A stretch of 64,000 bases of DNA from Sminthopsis crassicaudata. Taxonomy: Eukaryota. The DNA lies in NCBI RefSeq assembly GCF_048593235.1, contig NC_133620.1, positions 442,585,261 to 442,649,260 of the forward strand, written 5' to 3'. Below are positions 11,714-21,890 of this stretch, piece after piece. Each line of letters begins with the position of its first letter. Positions within the stretch are counted from its first letter, which is position 1. The notes below the pieces were generated by a model. The model was not told the origin of the DNA and ran no database searches. It worked only from the letters and a program-made list of their open reading frames with translations. The position numbers were made by a program, and so were the translations under genes.

Positions 11714-12777
11714 TCAATAGTTAAAATGGCCACCAGGGGGGGCTTGAGAGGGGGAGGTCACAAGCAGAGGAGCCTTTGGGGGCAGCTGCGGCTTCTCCAC
11801 ATCGACCCTCTTCAGGGCCCGTCCCCTGTATCCCTCAGGCCGGCCAAGGTACAGAGGGTACCTTCCGTGACCCCCAGAATATCTTGAGGTTCCCACTGAG
11901 GGGACGCGAGTCAGCAGGCCAGGAGGCACCCGGTGAGGGGAGGGAGAGATTCCCCGGGTACCTCCGATCCCAAGGCGGGGAGCAGGGGCAGAGAGTGGGG
12001 GGCGCGAGGGGCCTGCGCACTTGCCATCAGGGGGAATGTCCAGGCGGAGCGGAGGGGTACAGTCACGGGGGAGCGGGGAGGGGCCAGAAAAGAGAGTGTG
12101 GGCTGGCTCTGGTGCGGGGGCTCGGGAGTGCCCCCGGGCGGCCACGGGGAGAGGGGCACAGGGGCTGTTTGGGGGCAGGGGATCTGTCCCCTTCCTGGGA
12201 GGCTGGGGAGCATGGAGGTACCGGAGCAGCTCCTCTAAGGTGGTCACTTCCACCGGCTGACCGGGACAGCCGGGCGGGGGCGGCCTCACCAGCACCCTGG
12301 GGGCGGGGCCCGAGCCGCCTCGGGAGGGCGCCGAGCTGTCCGAGGCGTTGTTCCCGTTGTGGTTCCACTCCCAGGGCCCCGGGCCCGCCTGGAGCTTCTT
12401 GACTGGAAGCTCGGGGGTGGATTCGGGGGTGGGCAGGCAGGCGAGCTCGGGGGCCGGCATGGCCTCGCTGGGCGGGAGGAAGGTGGTGTAGAGCTGGGGC
12501 ACGGCCGGGGAGTCCCCGTCCTTGGCGGGGGGTGCTGCGTCGGGACCCCCACCGTGCAGCCGGGCCAGACTTCGGAGGGAGAGGGGCCGCGGCAGGCCGG
12601 GGCTCTCGGCCTCCTTGTTTCCCCTGGGACTGCGGCGATAGGCCCGCCGGCAAGCGCAGGAGACCAGGAACCCAGACACGGAGGCCCCCAGCGCAAAGGC
12701 CGCGGCCACACTGGCCAGGAGCAGCGGCACCGGCACCGTGGCGGGAGCCGAGGCTGGGGGCGGGTCCCGGCGGACAC
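11714..12777 (-). CDS. SEMA6C: SEMA6C last coding exon (TM helix + Pro-rich cytoplasmic tail)
   Basis: cccccag|GTGTC; GVRRD...LLLASVAAAFALGASVSGFLVSCACRR...ELACLPTPESTPELPVK...HFNY*; TGA 11716-11714. Confidence 0.96.
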
Positions 12778-13106
12778 CTGGGGGCACAGACACACGGTTG
12801 GAGGCGGAGCGGAAGAGAGGGAAAAGGCCGGTCCGGAGGAGCCACGTGCTCATCCCTCGTGCTGCAGCCTCGGGGCCCTCCCACACCCGGGCTCCGGCCA
12901 GCTCCTGCGCCCACAGCCACACAGAGCTGAGGCTCCCTGGTCCTGCCCCCCGCAGCCATGCTGAGGACACCTTCCGGACTCTGTCCATGCAGAGCGAGGA
13001 GGCAATCAACAGAACGGGATTAGTAGGAGCCAACCCCAGCCACTAAGCCGTTAAAGTCCTTGGGATGCAGCCCCCCCAACCCCGAGTCCCTCCATACCTG
13101 CCTTAC

Positions 13107-13202
13107 CCTCTAGGTGAGCCCGAAGAGTGGAGGGCGGGGACCAGGGGTGGGCATCATTGGGGGGACTGGGGGCCTCAGGGGGAGGGCTGGGACCCAGAGG
13201 CT
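13107..13202 (-). CDS. SEMA6C: SEMA6C 96-nt in-frame cassette exon
   Basis: tctctgtcaccag|...|gtaagg; symmetric phase 1; EPLGPSPPPEAPSPPNDAHPWSPPSTLRAHLE. Confidence 0.75.
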
Positions 13203-13443
13203 CTGGTGACAGAGACCAAGTCAGAGCCAGTGAGGTCCGGACTCTCAGTCACGTTCCCCAGAACAATTCAACCCCGGACTGCCCCCCCCCAGCAACCCTC
13301 CAAAACCGGGGTCTGGACCAGGCGGGAAGAGCTGCTGACCACTCCCTGGTCGCCACCCCCGCCCTCCCAACTGCAGTTCTGGGGAATAAGGAAGAAGTGT
13401 TAAGCAAGTTGAATATAAGTTTACGTGGGGCTGGAGAACTCAC

Positions 13444-13488
13444 CGTAGGCAGAATCCCCTGGTCCGGAGTGACTCCCAGTGGCCCCAT
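13444..13488 (-). CDS. SEMA6C: SEMA6C coding exon 16
   Basis: ctcacag|AT; DGATGSHSGPGDSAY; G|gtgag. Confidence 0.93.
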
Positions 13489-13655
13489 CTGTGAGGAGAG
13501 AGAAAGGCAGGGTGAGGGGGAAAGACCGAGCTGGGGAGCTTAGAGATTGCCCCCCGAGACTTGGGGAAGAGGTAGAAAAAGACAGAGGGGGAGGGTGCGG
13601 GGGCACAGCTGGGATACAGTCAGCCCTGTCAGGATCAGGCACAGCTCCCCCTTAC

Positions 13656-13711
13656 CCTGGCAGTCTCCCTGATCCATGACCTCCTCGTCCCCATCCTGCT
13701 CCAGGCCAGTC
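13656..13711 (-). CDS. SEMA6C: SEMA6C coding exon 15
   Basis: ccccag|G; TGLEQDGDEEVMDQGDCQ; |gtaagg. Confidence 0.9.
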
Positions 13712-13829
13712 CTGGGGAGGAAGAAGAGAAGTTCAGCTCTAAACTCAGGCCTGCTTCCACTCCTGCATTCAACTCCCCAAGTTCCCTTCACCACAGGTCC
13801 CCAGAAGAGGGGACCCACAAGACACTCAC

Positions 13830-13907
13830 CAGCCGGGTCCCCTGACATCCACGCAGCCTTTGAAGCTTTCCCACCCACAGTAGGGGTCCTGAGAGTCGAG
13901 ACAGCTT
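13830..13907 (-). CDS. SEMA6C: SEMA6C coding exon 14 (PSI domain)
   Basis: SCLDSQDPYCGWESFKGCVDVRGPG; AG/GT, phases fit. Confidence 0.94.
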
Positions 13908-14643
13908 CTGGGGAGAAAATGAGTCCCAGGTTTGGGGAGTTAGCAGGGGCAGGGCGAGAATCCTTCCCCCAGTCCCCTTCTTGGCTGTCATAAGATTAGT
14001 AACAGTCACTAGCATTTGTAGAGTGCTTCAAAGCTGGCAGAATGATTTTGGGGCTCAGAATCCTGACTAAACAGACATTATTAACCTAATTCACAAGTGA
14101 GCAAAGTGAGGCCCATAGGGATGAGGTACCCCGTCCTGGTTACAGAGCCTGTCAATTCTGGAGGCAGGGTTTAAGTCCAAGTCCAGCATTCTGGCCTCTG
14201 CAGCAGAAGTGTTCCGCTCATCACCCAGCCAACAGAACTCCCAAATTTGGGCTTGCTCAGATTAAAATGCAAATGGAAAATGTTCAAGATGAATAAAATA
14301 CAGATAATATTAAATTGTGGTTTTCCGTCAGCATGTGGCCCTCCAATCCCCTTCTACTTGAGTTCCACACCGCTGCTTGAGCTAAGTGAGGAACCCAGGT
14401 CCTTTCCTTTGATTCCTATCCCCCAAAGCTCCGTCTGATCCCTTTAAATGTACTATGCCCCATATTGCAAACTCTCCTCCAGCTTTGTGACCTGCCCGCC
14501 ACAAATCCCACACTCCCAAAGTGGCCTCTTACTGCTCTCCACCTAAAATAGATTCTCTTGGTCTTCCGATCCATCCTCCCAGCTCCCACCCTGTTCCTCA
14601 GGCCCTTCCAGCTGCATCCATGTCACCATTCCCTGCTCCTCAC

Positions 14644-14790
14644 CTCTGACAAGCCCCATGCCGGGTACACCGACTGAGGGGTACGTGGACCACACAGCCC
14701 GAGAAGGCTACGAAGAGCCTGTGGCCGTCGGGATCCAGCTCCAGCCCAAGAACCCGTCGGGCCAACTGTGCTGAGTGCTTCCCGCCACAC
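14644..14790 (-). CDS. SEMA6C: SEMA6C coding exon 13
   Basis: CGGKHSAQLARRVLGLELDPDGHRLFVAFSGCVVHVPLSRCTRHGACQR; AG/GT. Confidence 0.94.
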
Positions 14791-15181
14791 CTGGGAGGGG
14801 GCAGGGGGGAGGCTTAGGAGCGGCTCCTCAGCCAAGAGCCAACAGTGGGAGACAGAATGGAGCCCGACAGATGCGTTATGCCCTCTGGATGGGGGCTCCC
14901 CCAGTGGAGAATCCTCCTCCTCCCCACCAGTGACTTGTAGTGAAACATCCTTTACTAGCTGCTTCTCAAATCACTGAGAGAACACTTCTCAGCTGGCCTG
15001 TAAGCCGCTAAGAGCTCTATTAAAAAGCAGCTTTTATCGTGACCAGGCTCTCCCTCAGACTGGAGACAGGCTCCAGGGTCCACATTCTTAGACCCAGAGC
15101 TTCCTTCTCCAGCTTCACTGATGTGTCCCTGCAGCTAAGCCCAAGGATTAAAAAACAGAACCTGGCTTCCAAAGACCTCAC

Positions 15182-15355
15182 CGGGAAGAGCTGTAGGTGT
15201 CAATCTCCTCCAGCAAGACGGGCTCAGTGTTCCCATGCGCCCCTCCAGCGGGGAGCACCTTCAGGACCGTCCCATCCTCAGTCCCCAAGAAGAGGACAGT
15301 GGTGTTGCCATGGCGACCAGCCGCTCCATCCACAGCCACCTGGGTCAGCAGGGCT
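15182..15355 (-). CDS. SEMA6C: SEMA6C coding exon 12
   Basis: ALLTQVAVDGAAGRHGNTTVLFLGTEDGTVLKVL...LLEEIDTYSSSR; ttacag| and |gtgagg. Confidence 0.94.
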
Positions 15356-15782
15356 CTGTAAAGGTACCGCTCCCAAGTCAGGCAAGGGACTGGAGATGCC
15401 CCTGTTAAGGAGTCCGCCCTCCCCAGTGACTGCACCCAGAGATGCACTGAGGTCCACAGCAGGGAAAGTGTCTTGACCACCCAGCCAACATGTGGCAAAT
15501 CCAAGACTAGAACCCATCTCCCGACTCAGGAACATTCCTTCCATTACAGGACATTAACTCCCTCTATCTCTGCAGCTCTTCTCCCCAAGCCGACTAGGGT
15601 TGGGAGCCCCTTTCCTCTCCTTTCCTGAGGGTGGGGTCAGCTCTCCATCTCTTGACTGCTTTCCGCTTGGGAGTCACATTTTCCAGGGCTAAGCCAGGGA
15701 GCCGCCCTCCTCACCTTGCCCTCCTCCCTCTCCCTAACCTCCCTCCCTCCCAAACCCTCCAAGTCTTCCCCGCCCTGGATAC

Positions 15783-15935
15783 CTGCCAGTTCGGGTGAGA
15801 AGGGGCTGGTGGGTGGCGGGGGGCACAGCGGGATCCAGCAGAGGGTGAGCCTTGATGAAAGTCAGGACTTCGTCAGGGAGGTCCCGGGAAGAAGGAAACG
15901 AAGCCGCTCTCCCTAGTCCTGCACAGGACCCTGGC
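15783..15935 (-). CDS. SEMA6C: SEMA6C coding exon 11
   Basis: PGSCAGLGRAASFPSSRDLPDEVLTFIKAHPLLDPAVPP; donor |gtatcc. Confidence 0.94.
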
Positions 15936-16049
15936 CTGAGGGACACATGGAGGGCAGTGCTCAGGGTCCAGTGTGATCCTGTGGCATTCCCTGGATCCTC
16001 TCTGGTCCCCTCACTGAGATCCTCTTACCCTCCCCACCACTGCTTCATC

Positions 16050-17040
16050 CTCAATCCCATCCCTGCAATTTGGGAGCCCTGGCGCTACTTACAGCCTCTC
16101 TTTGCTCCCAAATCAGGCTCCCCCTCGTGTCCCCTACCTATCCTTAGATTTGAGGGTCTCTCCCCAATCAGTGCTGTTATCCAACTGGCTGCTGTTTTCT
16201 AGGTGACCCCATGGACATCTCAAGCTTACAGAGATGAGTTAAACATATCCCCTGCACTCACACACACACACCTCAATCCTCCTCCCTTTCCTAGACTTCC
16301 CTCACTGTGCCAAGAGTTCCATCATCCTCCCAGTCAATCCCCTTCCGCTCTCTCCCCTCACCCCCCAAGCCCACCTTTCACATCCAGCTGCTGAAGACTG
16401 TCAATTCTGCCTCCACAGAATCTCATGCATCTGTCATGTTTCCTCCACTTACACCCCCCCCTTTCTGTTCAGGCCATCACCCCTCATCTGGGCCGCTGTA
16501 CCCTGACTATTTCTTTTCTGCTACCGATCCTCTACCTAGCTGCCAAAATCATCTTCCTAAACCACGGGTCTGACCCTGATGACTTTTGTGCTCAAAAACA
16601 TTCAATGGCTCCCTACTGCCTCTAGAACAAAGCACAAACCACTGGGCTTAGCACTTAAGCCCTTTCAGCACTTGGTTCTCCACCTTTACTTGAGAAAACT
16701 TCCCTTTGCAGGTGGCAGATTCCAGCCAAACAGGACTATTTCCTGCTCCCTGAACTTAGCTCCCAGTCTCCTGCCTCAGGGTTAATACAAACTCTCCTTC
16801 AAGGCTGGAATGCTTTTTTAATCTCAGTCTTTCAAAAGCCTTCTCTTCTTTCAAGAAAGCTCGAGGGACCTTCTTCCCAGCAACCTTTCCTATCATCTCT
16901 AGTCTTTCAGGCCACTGGTTCTCCCTCCAGATTCAAATTTTCCTAGGATTTTTATCTGGTATTTCTTGAGCTATTGTTTGTATTCATGTCCCATCCCTAC
17001 CTCTTCCACCCCAATAGAACACAACCTTTTCCTTTTCTTT
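16050..17040 (+). mobile_element. LINE2 fragment in SEMA6C intron
   Basis: aaaacattcaatggctccctactgcctctagaacaaagcacaaacc, ctgccaaaatcatcttcctaaa are typical L2 segments; limits approximate. Confidence 0.7.
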
Positions 17041-17141
17041 ACCACCCTAGAGGGTAGGTAGAGAGCTTTCCGTATGATAGATACTTAAAAGTTTCATGAA
17101 TTGAACACTGACCCATCCCCACAGAAGTTGCCCATAGGTAC

Positions 17142-17273
17142 CTGGGGGAGGGGACCCTGTCCTCAGGCACAGGAGTCCAGGCTCCATCTGGGCTCCTCTG
17201 CTCCTTGAACTTGCCCTCAAATCCATGTTCAATGTCATCCAGGTAGAAGGCACAGACAGCAGAACCAGGGATG
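17142..17273 (-). CDS. SEMA6C: SEMA6C coding exon 10
   Basis: IPGSAVCAFYLDDIEHGFEGKFKEQRSPDGAWTPVPEDRVPSPR. Confidence 0.95.
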
Positions 17274-17509
17274 CTACAGGGGGCCGGGGAAGCATGGGAC
17301 AGAACCGTATGAGCTGGGTCTGGAGAAAGCAAGGAATCCCCTTCCCAAGAAACAGAGGCCACCAGCTTGCTGGGCAGTGAAGCCTTCAAGGAGGGAAAGG
17401 CGACTGGGCCATAAGTCAGCTTGGGCTGCAGTGTCTGGGGGGGGACTGGCTGTGTGGGCTGGGTGGCTACTGGTCAGCTCTTTCACACCCACTTCATATG
17501 CTTCCCAAC

Positions 17510-17727
17510 CTGTTGGTCTGTGTGGTGAAGACCCCAAACAGAGCAGGACGGCCGTGCAGAGGGACCGGCCCAGTCAGGGCCTGCAGCGCATCAAAGTAGA
17601 AGGTCGAGTCTCCAGGCACAGAGCAGTTGAGCCGAAGCTTCAGAAAAGATGTCCAGTGACGGTCCAGGGCCCGGGGGGAGCCGCCGACGTCACGCTTACA
17701 CACCCGTGCTACCCGAGAGAACTGTAC
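17510..17727 (-). CDS. SEMA6C: SEMA6C coding exon 9
   Basis: [39 protein letters not shown] (Sema signature). Confidence 0.96.
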
Positions 17728-17889
17728 CTGGTGGGAGGAGGGCCAAGGGCATAAGTGCTGGGGGGCAGGATGGGAGGAGTGGGGGAAGTGGGGCAAGGGG
17801 ATGGGGAGCTGGAGAGATGGCTTCGAGTGAGCCAGAGCAGGCTGGGGCCGCGCCCTCCTCCCCTCCATAAAGTCAGGTCCTCTGCTCAC

Positions 17890-17978
17890 CCGTCCCAGCC
17901 GAGCGTCCTCCACAGAGACTTCTCGGAAAAAGAAGTAAACATGGTCTCTGTGCTCCACAGCATGGACAAAGTGCGGCT
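17890..17978 (-). CDS. SEMA6C: SEMA6C coding exon 8
   Basis: [29 protein letters not shown]; |gtgagc. Confidence 0.95.
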
Positions 17979-18154
17979 CTGGGGAAGGGAGTGACGAAAT
18001 GGGGAGTGTCTAATAGGTCTCTTCCAACTCGCCCTCCACCCTGCATCTCCTGGTACCTGCAGCATCCCCACACCCCGAGGCATCCTTTAGGGGATTTCCT
18101 GCTCCTCCCCAGACCTCACCCCTTAAGACCTCCCCATCCCTGGTCCCCCCTGAC

Positions 18155-18274
18155 CTCGAAGCCACTTGGAGTCGTACTTGGCGGAGCGGAGAGGGGGCTG
18201 GGGGCCAAAGCTTCGGTAAACAACAGCATCGCTGGCCTGGAAATCTGCAGCCGTGGCTGAGTAAAGGCTTCCCT
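18155..18274 (-). CDS. SEMA6C: SEMA6C coding exon 7
   Basis: GSLYSATAADFQASDAVVYRSFGPQPPLRSAKYDSKWLR. Confidence 0.95.
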
Positions 18275-18609
18275 CTGGGGGGGGGCATCCACGGTCACAG
18301 AGGGCAGGGGAGAAGGATGGAGATGGAAGATGGAGTCAGGGGAGGCCGTGGGAAGGAAGGGACTGGGTGGGGCCACCCCCGGCCCCCTCCTACCTCTCCG
18401 AGCTTCCTCCCTTTTCCTGACCCTGCAATCTAGTGCCACGGGCCTCTGCCCATCTCCCGACTCTGGGCCTTCTCCCTGCATCCTCATCTCCTGGCCTCCG
18501 TGGAGTCAGATCCCAGCTAAAATCCTCTCCCGCTGCCAGTCCTCCTGATGCTCCTGCCTTCCCACTCCCTACTCTCGCCAGTGGAGCGTGCGGACGTCTG
18601 GCTCAAACG

Positions 18610-18750
18610 CGGCTGTTTCTATGCGTCTCCTCCTTGGAGACAGAACTGCCTTTTCCCTCTCTGTGCCCCCAGTGCTTAGCACAGTGCACGGCACACAGTA
18701 GGCACTTAATAAATGCTTGTTTGATAAATTGTTTAATAAATGCTGTTTGA
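18610..18750 (+). mobile_element. LINE2 3' end
   Basis: cccagtgcttagcacagtgcacggcacacagtaggcacttaataaatgcttgtt. Confidence 0.75.
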
Positions 18751-19013
18751 TGAAGAGGAAGGAGAAGGTCTCATGGAAAGAGCAGCGGGTCTCAGAGCGG
18801 GAAGCATTGGAGCGACGTGTTTGGAGACGTTCGAGCCGCACATTCACACCCCGCTCTCTCCACCCCCGGACTTATCCTTCTGGGGAATTCTCTACTCATC
18901 CTCCCAATTCCCCAGGGTCCTGAATGATAAAGCAGGGGAGCCAGTGGGGGCTCGGAGGGGGCAGAAGGGGGTTTAGTTTCTCTTAATTCACTAACCATTC
19001 CGTTGCTTTTTAC

Positions 19014-19104
19014 CTGCAAAGATGGCAACGGTGGACTGTGTGGCATCGAAGGGGCATCGAGCTTGCCCACTCAGCTCCTCACCCTCCTGTTGCAGGGAAG
19101 AGAT
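19014..19104 (-). CDS. SEMA6C: SEMA6C coding exon 6
   Basis: ISSLQQEGEELSGQARCPFDATQSTVAIFA. Confidence 0.95.
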
Positions 19105-19383
19105 CTGGCGGGGAGGAGGGGAGACGTCATCCTGGGGTCCTTGGGAACCTCAGGAAGTAAACTGAAACCGATGCATCTTCCTCCATCTTCTTGGTCCTAC
19201 TTCTGCCTTCTTCATTTTGCCCCGTCTCTCCCCCCTTCCATGATCTCCTGGGCCTCCTCCATCCAGCACCCCAAGATCCAACCCGGTCCTGGGCCTTGCC
19301 CCTCCCCTTCTTTACTATCCATGAATACATTCCCTCCGTACCGCACCCCCCATGCCTGGAAGCCCGTCCCCCAACTCCCGTAC

Positions 19384-19485
19384 CCCATAACTGCGGCACA
19401 TGGGGCTGAATGAATTTGTCCCGCAGGCAAGGAGGGTCCGGGAGTCCCGGGGAACGAGGACACGGATGTAGTTGTAGCACTCGTC
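19384..19485 (-). CDS. SEMA6C: SEMA6C coding exon 5
   Basis: DECYNYIRVLVPRDSRTLLACGTNSFSPMCRSYG. Confidence 0.95.
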
Positions 19486-19717
19486 CTAGGGGCCCCAGGA
19501 GGTGGGGTCAGAGGTCAAAGGTCACTGGAGGTAAGAGGGGGGCCGGGCATTCTGGGATCCCCAAGGGCAAGAGAAGGGCTGGGGACGGGACATGGCTCCC
19601 TGTGGGTGGTTCCCCTGTGTTCTGGGAGAGGAAGGAGAAGACAGAGGGCTCGGGAGAAGAGGTCGTGGGGCACGGGGACACAGAGCCCGCCTCCCGGTCC
19701 CTCGTCCCATCCCTCAC

Positions 19718-19774
19718 CCTCAGCTTCCCTCGCACGGCACAGTTCTCCACATCCTGACTCCTCCATGTCAGATA
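19718..19774 (-). CDS. SEMA6C: SEMA6C coding exon 4
   Basis: YLTWRSQDVENCAVRGKLR; catcag| and |gtgagg. Confidence 0.94.
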
Positions 19775-19872
19775 CTGATGGGAAGAGGAGAGGTTTGTGA
19801 AGAAAGGGCCGTTCCAGGCCGGAGCCACCCCCCTGCTGCTGGACCCCAGACCGGCTGGCCCTCACCCCTCAC

Positions 19873-19933
19873 CTTGTCTGGGACCAGCCCTTCCCAGTCC
19901 TGAGCTTGAAGATCAAAGGAGAAAACATGATCC
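19873..19933 (-). CDS. SEMA6C: SEMA6C coding exon 3
   Basis: DHVFSFDLQAQDWEGLVPDK; AG/GT. Confidence 0.93.
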
Positions 19934-20201
19934 CTGTGGGCGCAAGAAGGAGAGGGGTCAGAGGTTCACCGTCCAACCCCTGCTTTCCACCCCTCGCAGG
20001 CTGGCCAGGGTCACCCAGGTGACCTCCCAGACAAGCCCAGTCTTCCCTCGGGCGTGTCCTGCGTCTCTGCTCCCTCCGGTTTGTCACCATGCCGGGGCAG
20101 GACTTGGCTCCGGACCTCTGAGCGCGTGTCCGAGTCTGCTCGGTCTCTACCTGTGCTGCTGGGTGCCATGTCTGTCCATTCGTTCGCCGCGTGCCACTTA
20201 C

Positions 20202-20316
20202 CGGGCAGCCACCAGCAGGGTCCGGTTCAGGATCAGGAACCGCTGAAAATCCAGGCCCAGCTCTCCTGCCACAGCATCGTCCTCTAGGCCCCGGAACCAG
20301 GAGAGGGGAGGCAGAC
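20202..20316 (-). CDS. SEMA6C: SEMA6C coding exon 2
   Basis: LPPLSWFRGLEDDAVAGELGLDFQRFLILNRTLLVAAR. Confidence 0.95.
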
Positions 20317-20960
20317 CTGGCGGGGAAGGAGCAGGAGGGAGAACCGACATCTCACCCCGGAGAGAAGAGGGAGGAGCAGCTAACTCCCCCCCAAAGAGAG
20401 AAGCTGCTTGGTCCTGGACCTGCTCACCATCCACCGCGCCCCGACCCTGACCTCCCTCTGGCCCGCCGCCCCCCACTCTGCCCCCCCTTCTTCCCTCTGT
20501 CCCCGTCTAGAACAGCGTTTCCCCTCATCTCCTCGTGTCCAGGTCCTAACCTTCCTTCCAGAGCCAGGCCAAATCTCAGCTCCTCTCTTAGACCATCCAA
20601 GCCAAGGCCGCCCCCTCCGCCCCCTCTGCCCGGGACCCCCAGCCCTGTCTGTCTGGCCAAACCTTTAGTAATCAAGCGGCTCAGCTTTGTCTATTTGCGT
20701 GACACAGGTTTTTCTCATCTCCCAGCGGATGAAGCCCCTTAAGGGCTGGGGACGTGTCACCTTCATTCTATCCCCAGCATGTAGCCCAGTGTGCTCACTC
20801 AATAAATAATCAATCACTGATGGATTAATACATGGAGCTAATCCGGAGACCACCCCGGTCAGACGAGGAGAGAATCTGAACAGGGAGCTGGGATTCTGGG
20901 GGGGGGGCACCTGAGTCAGCCAAGGTGGAAAAGGGCTGCGCTGGCCGGGCTGCCACTCAC

Positions 20961-21081
20961 CTTGGAGGTCAGAGGTTGCCAGAGGGAGGGGATCCTGGGG
21001 GAAGGTGGCCCCCGGGTGTGCAGTGGAGGACAGCAGCAAGAACAGGAGCGACAGAGGTGTGAGGGGAGGGCCCCGGGGCAT
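20961..21081 (-). CDS. SEMA6C: SEMA6C coding exon 1 (signal peptide); exon acceptor probably at 21135
   Basis: ATG 21081; MPRGPPLTPLSLLFLLLSSTAHPGATFPQDPLPLATSDLQ; G|gtgagt. Confidence 0.94.
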
Positions 21082-21560
21082 CCTGGGCAGGCCGGCTCAG
21101 GCCTCAGGTGGCACTCTCTCACCCATAGGTCAAGCCTAAGAGAGAAGACAAAGATTGAGGGGAGGGGGCTGGGAGATTTAGAGCCAGGGGAGCGCACAGC
21201 AGGGCCGTTTGTTTTCTATATTTTGGGATATGGTCACAACTCCGCCCTTGGTCTATCCCCAGGGGACCCCAGAAGGGGAGGAGATCCTTCCCTACACCTG
21301 TCCCACCCATGCCTGTCACTGTCACTCAAGTTCTAAATGGCCTAACAGGCACAAACCGGCTACAGCAGGAAAAGACCGAGCCAAGTTTTGACCTCAGGTA
21401 AGGTCAGGACATGTCCCCTGTCCCTCCCCTCCCTGCTGGTCCTTCAGTTCCTCTCTCTGGGCCCCTTGACTTCTCTGGTGGATCCCTTCATCCCCACCCC
21501 GTCCACCAAACCTTCCCCGTTATATTAGATGCTGGGGGGGGGAGGGGTTGAATCCTCACA

Positions 21561-21630
21561 TTATAAATAGTAGTTCCTGAAGACCATTTGAGGGAGAAGG
21601 AGCGCTCTGCTCTTCCCCTCCCCAGGCAGC

Positions 21631-21680
<50 letters not shown>

Positions 21681-21890
21681 CCCTCTCTCATCCTGGTCTA
21701 CAAAAGGTCACGGGGACATTCAGGTGTGGCTGCTCCCTCAGGGACTGACGGGGAGGCTGGGGGTCGCTGCCCTGACGCAGACACCGCTCCCCGGGACTGA
21801 AGGTTCAGAACAGGACAAGGACCATCTTAGCCAAAAATGCGTCTGCATTGAAGCCAAATTGGAGTCTATATTTAGTTCTGGCTGCAGCTG
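21561..21890. promoter_or_regulatory. Putative muscle regulatory module (2 MEF2 sites + E-box)
   Basis: TTATAAATAG 21561-21570, CTATATTTAG 21866-21875, CAGCTG 21885-21890. Confidence 0.5.
21633..21678. repeat. (GT)23 microsatellite
   Basis: Read directly. Confidence 0.97.

Noticed and set aside
11776-12964. Long alternative-frame and antisense ORFs over the last SEMA6C exon
   Set aside because: Stop-poor shadows of a very GC-rich real CDS.
15278-15355. WSGWSPW thrombospondin-like peptide in an alternative frame of SEMA6C exon 12
   Set aside because: Shadow of the Sema-domain frame; stops soon after and lacks the rest of a TSP1 repeat.
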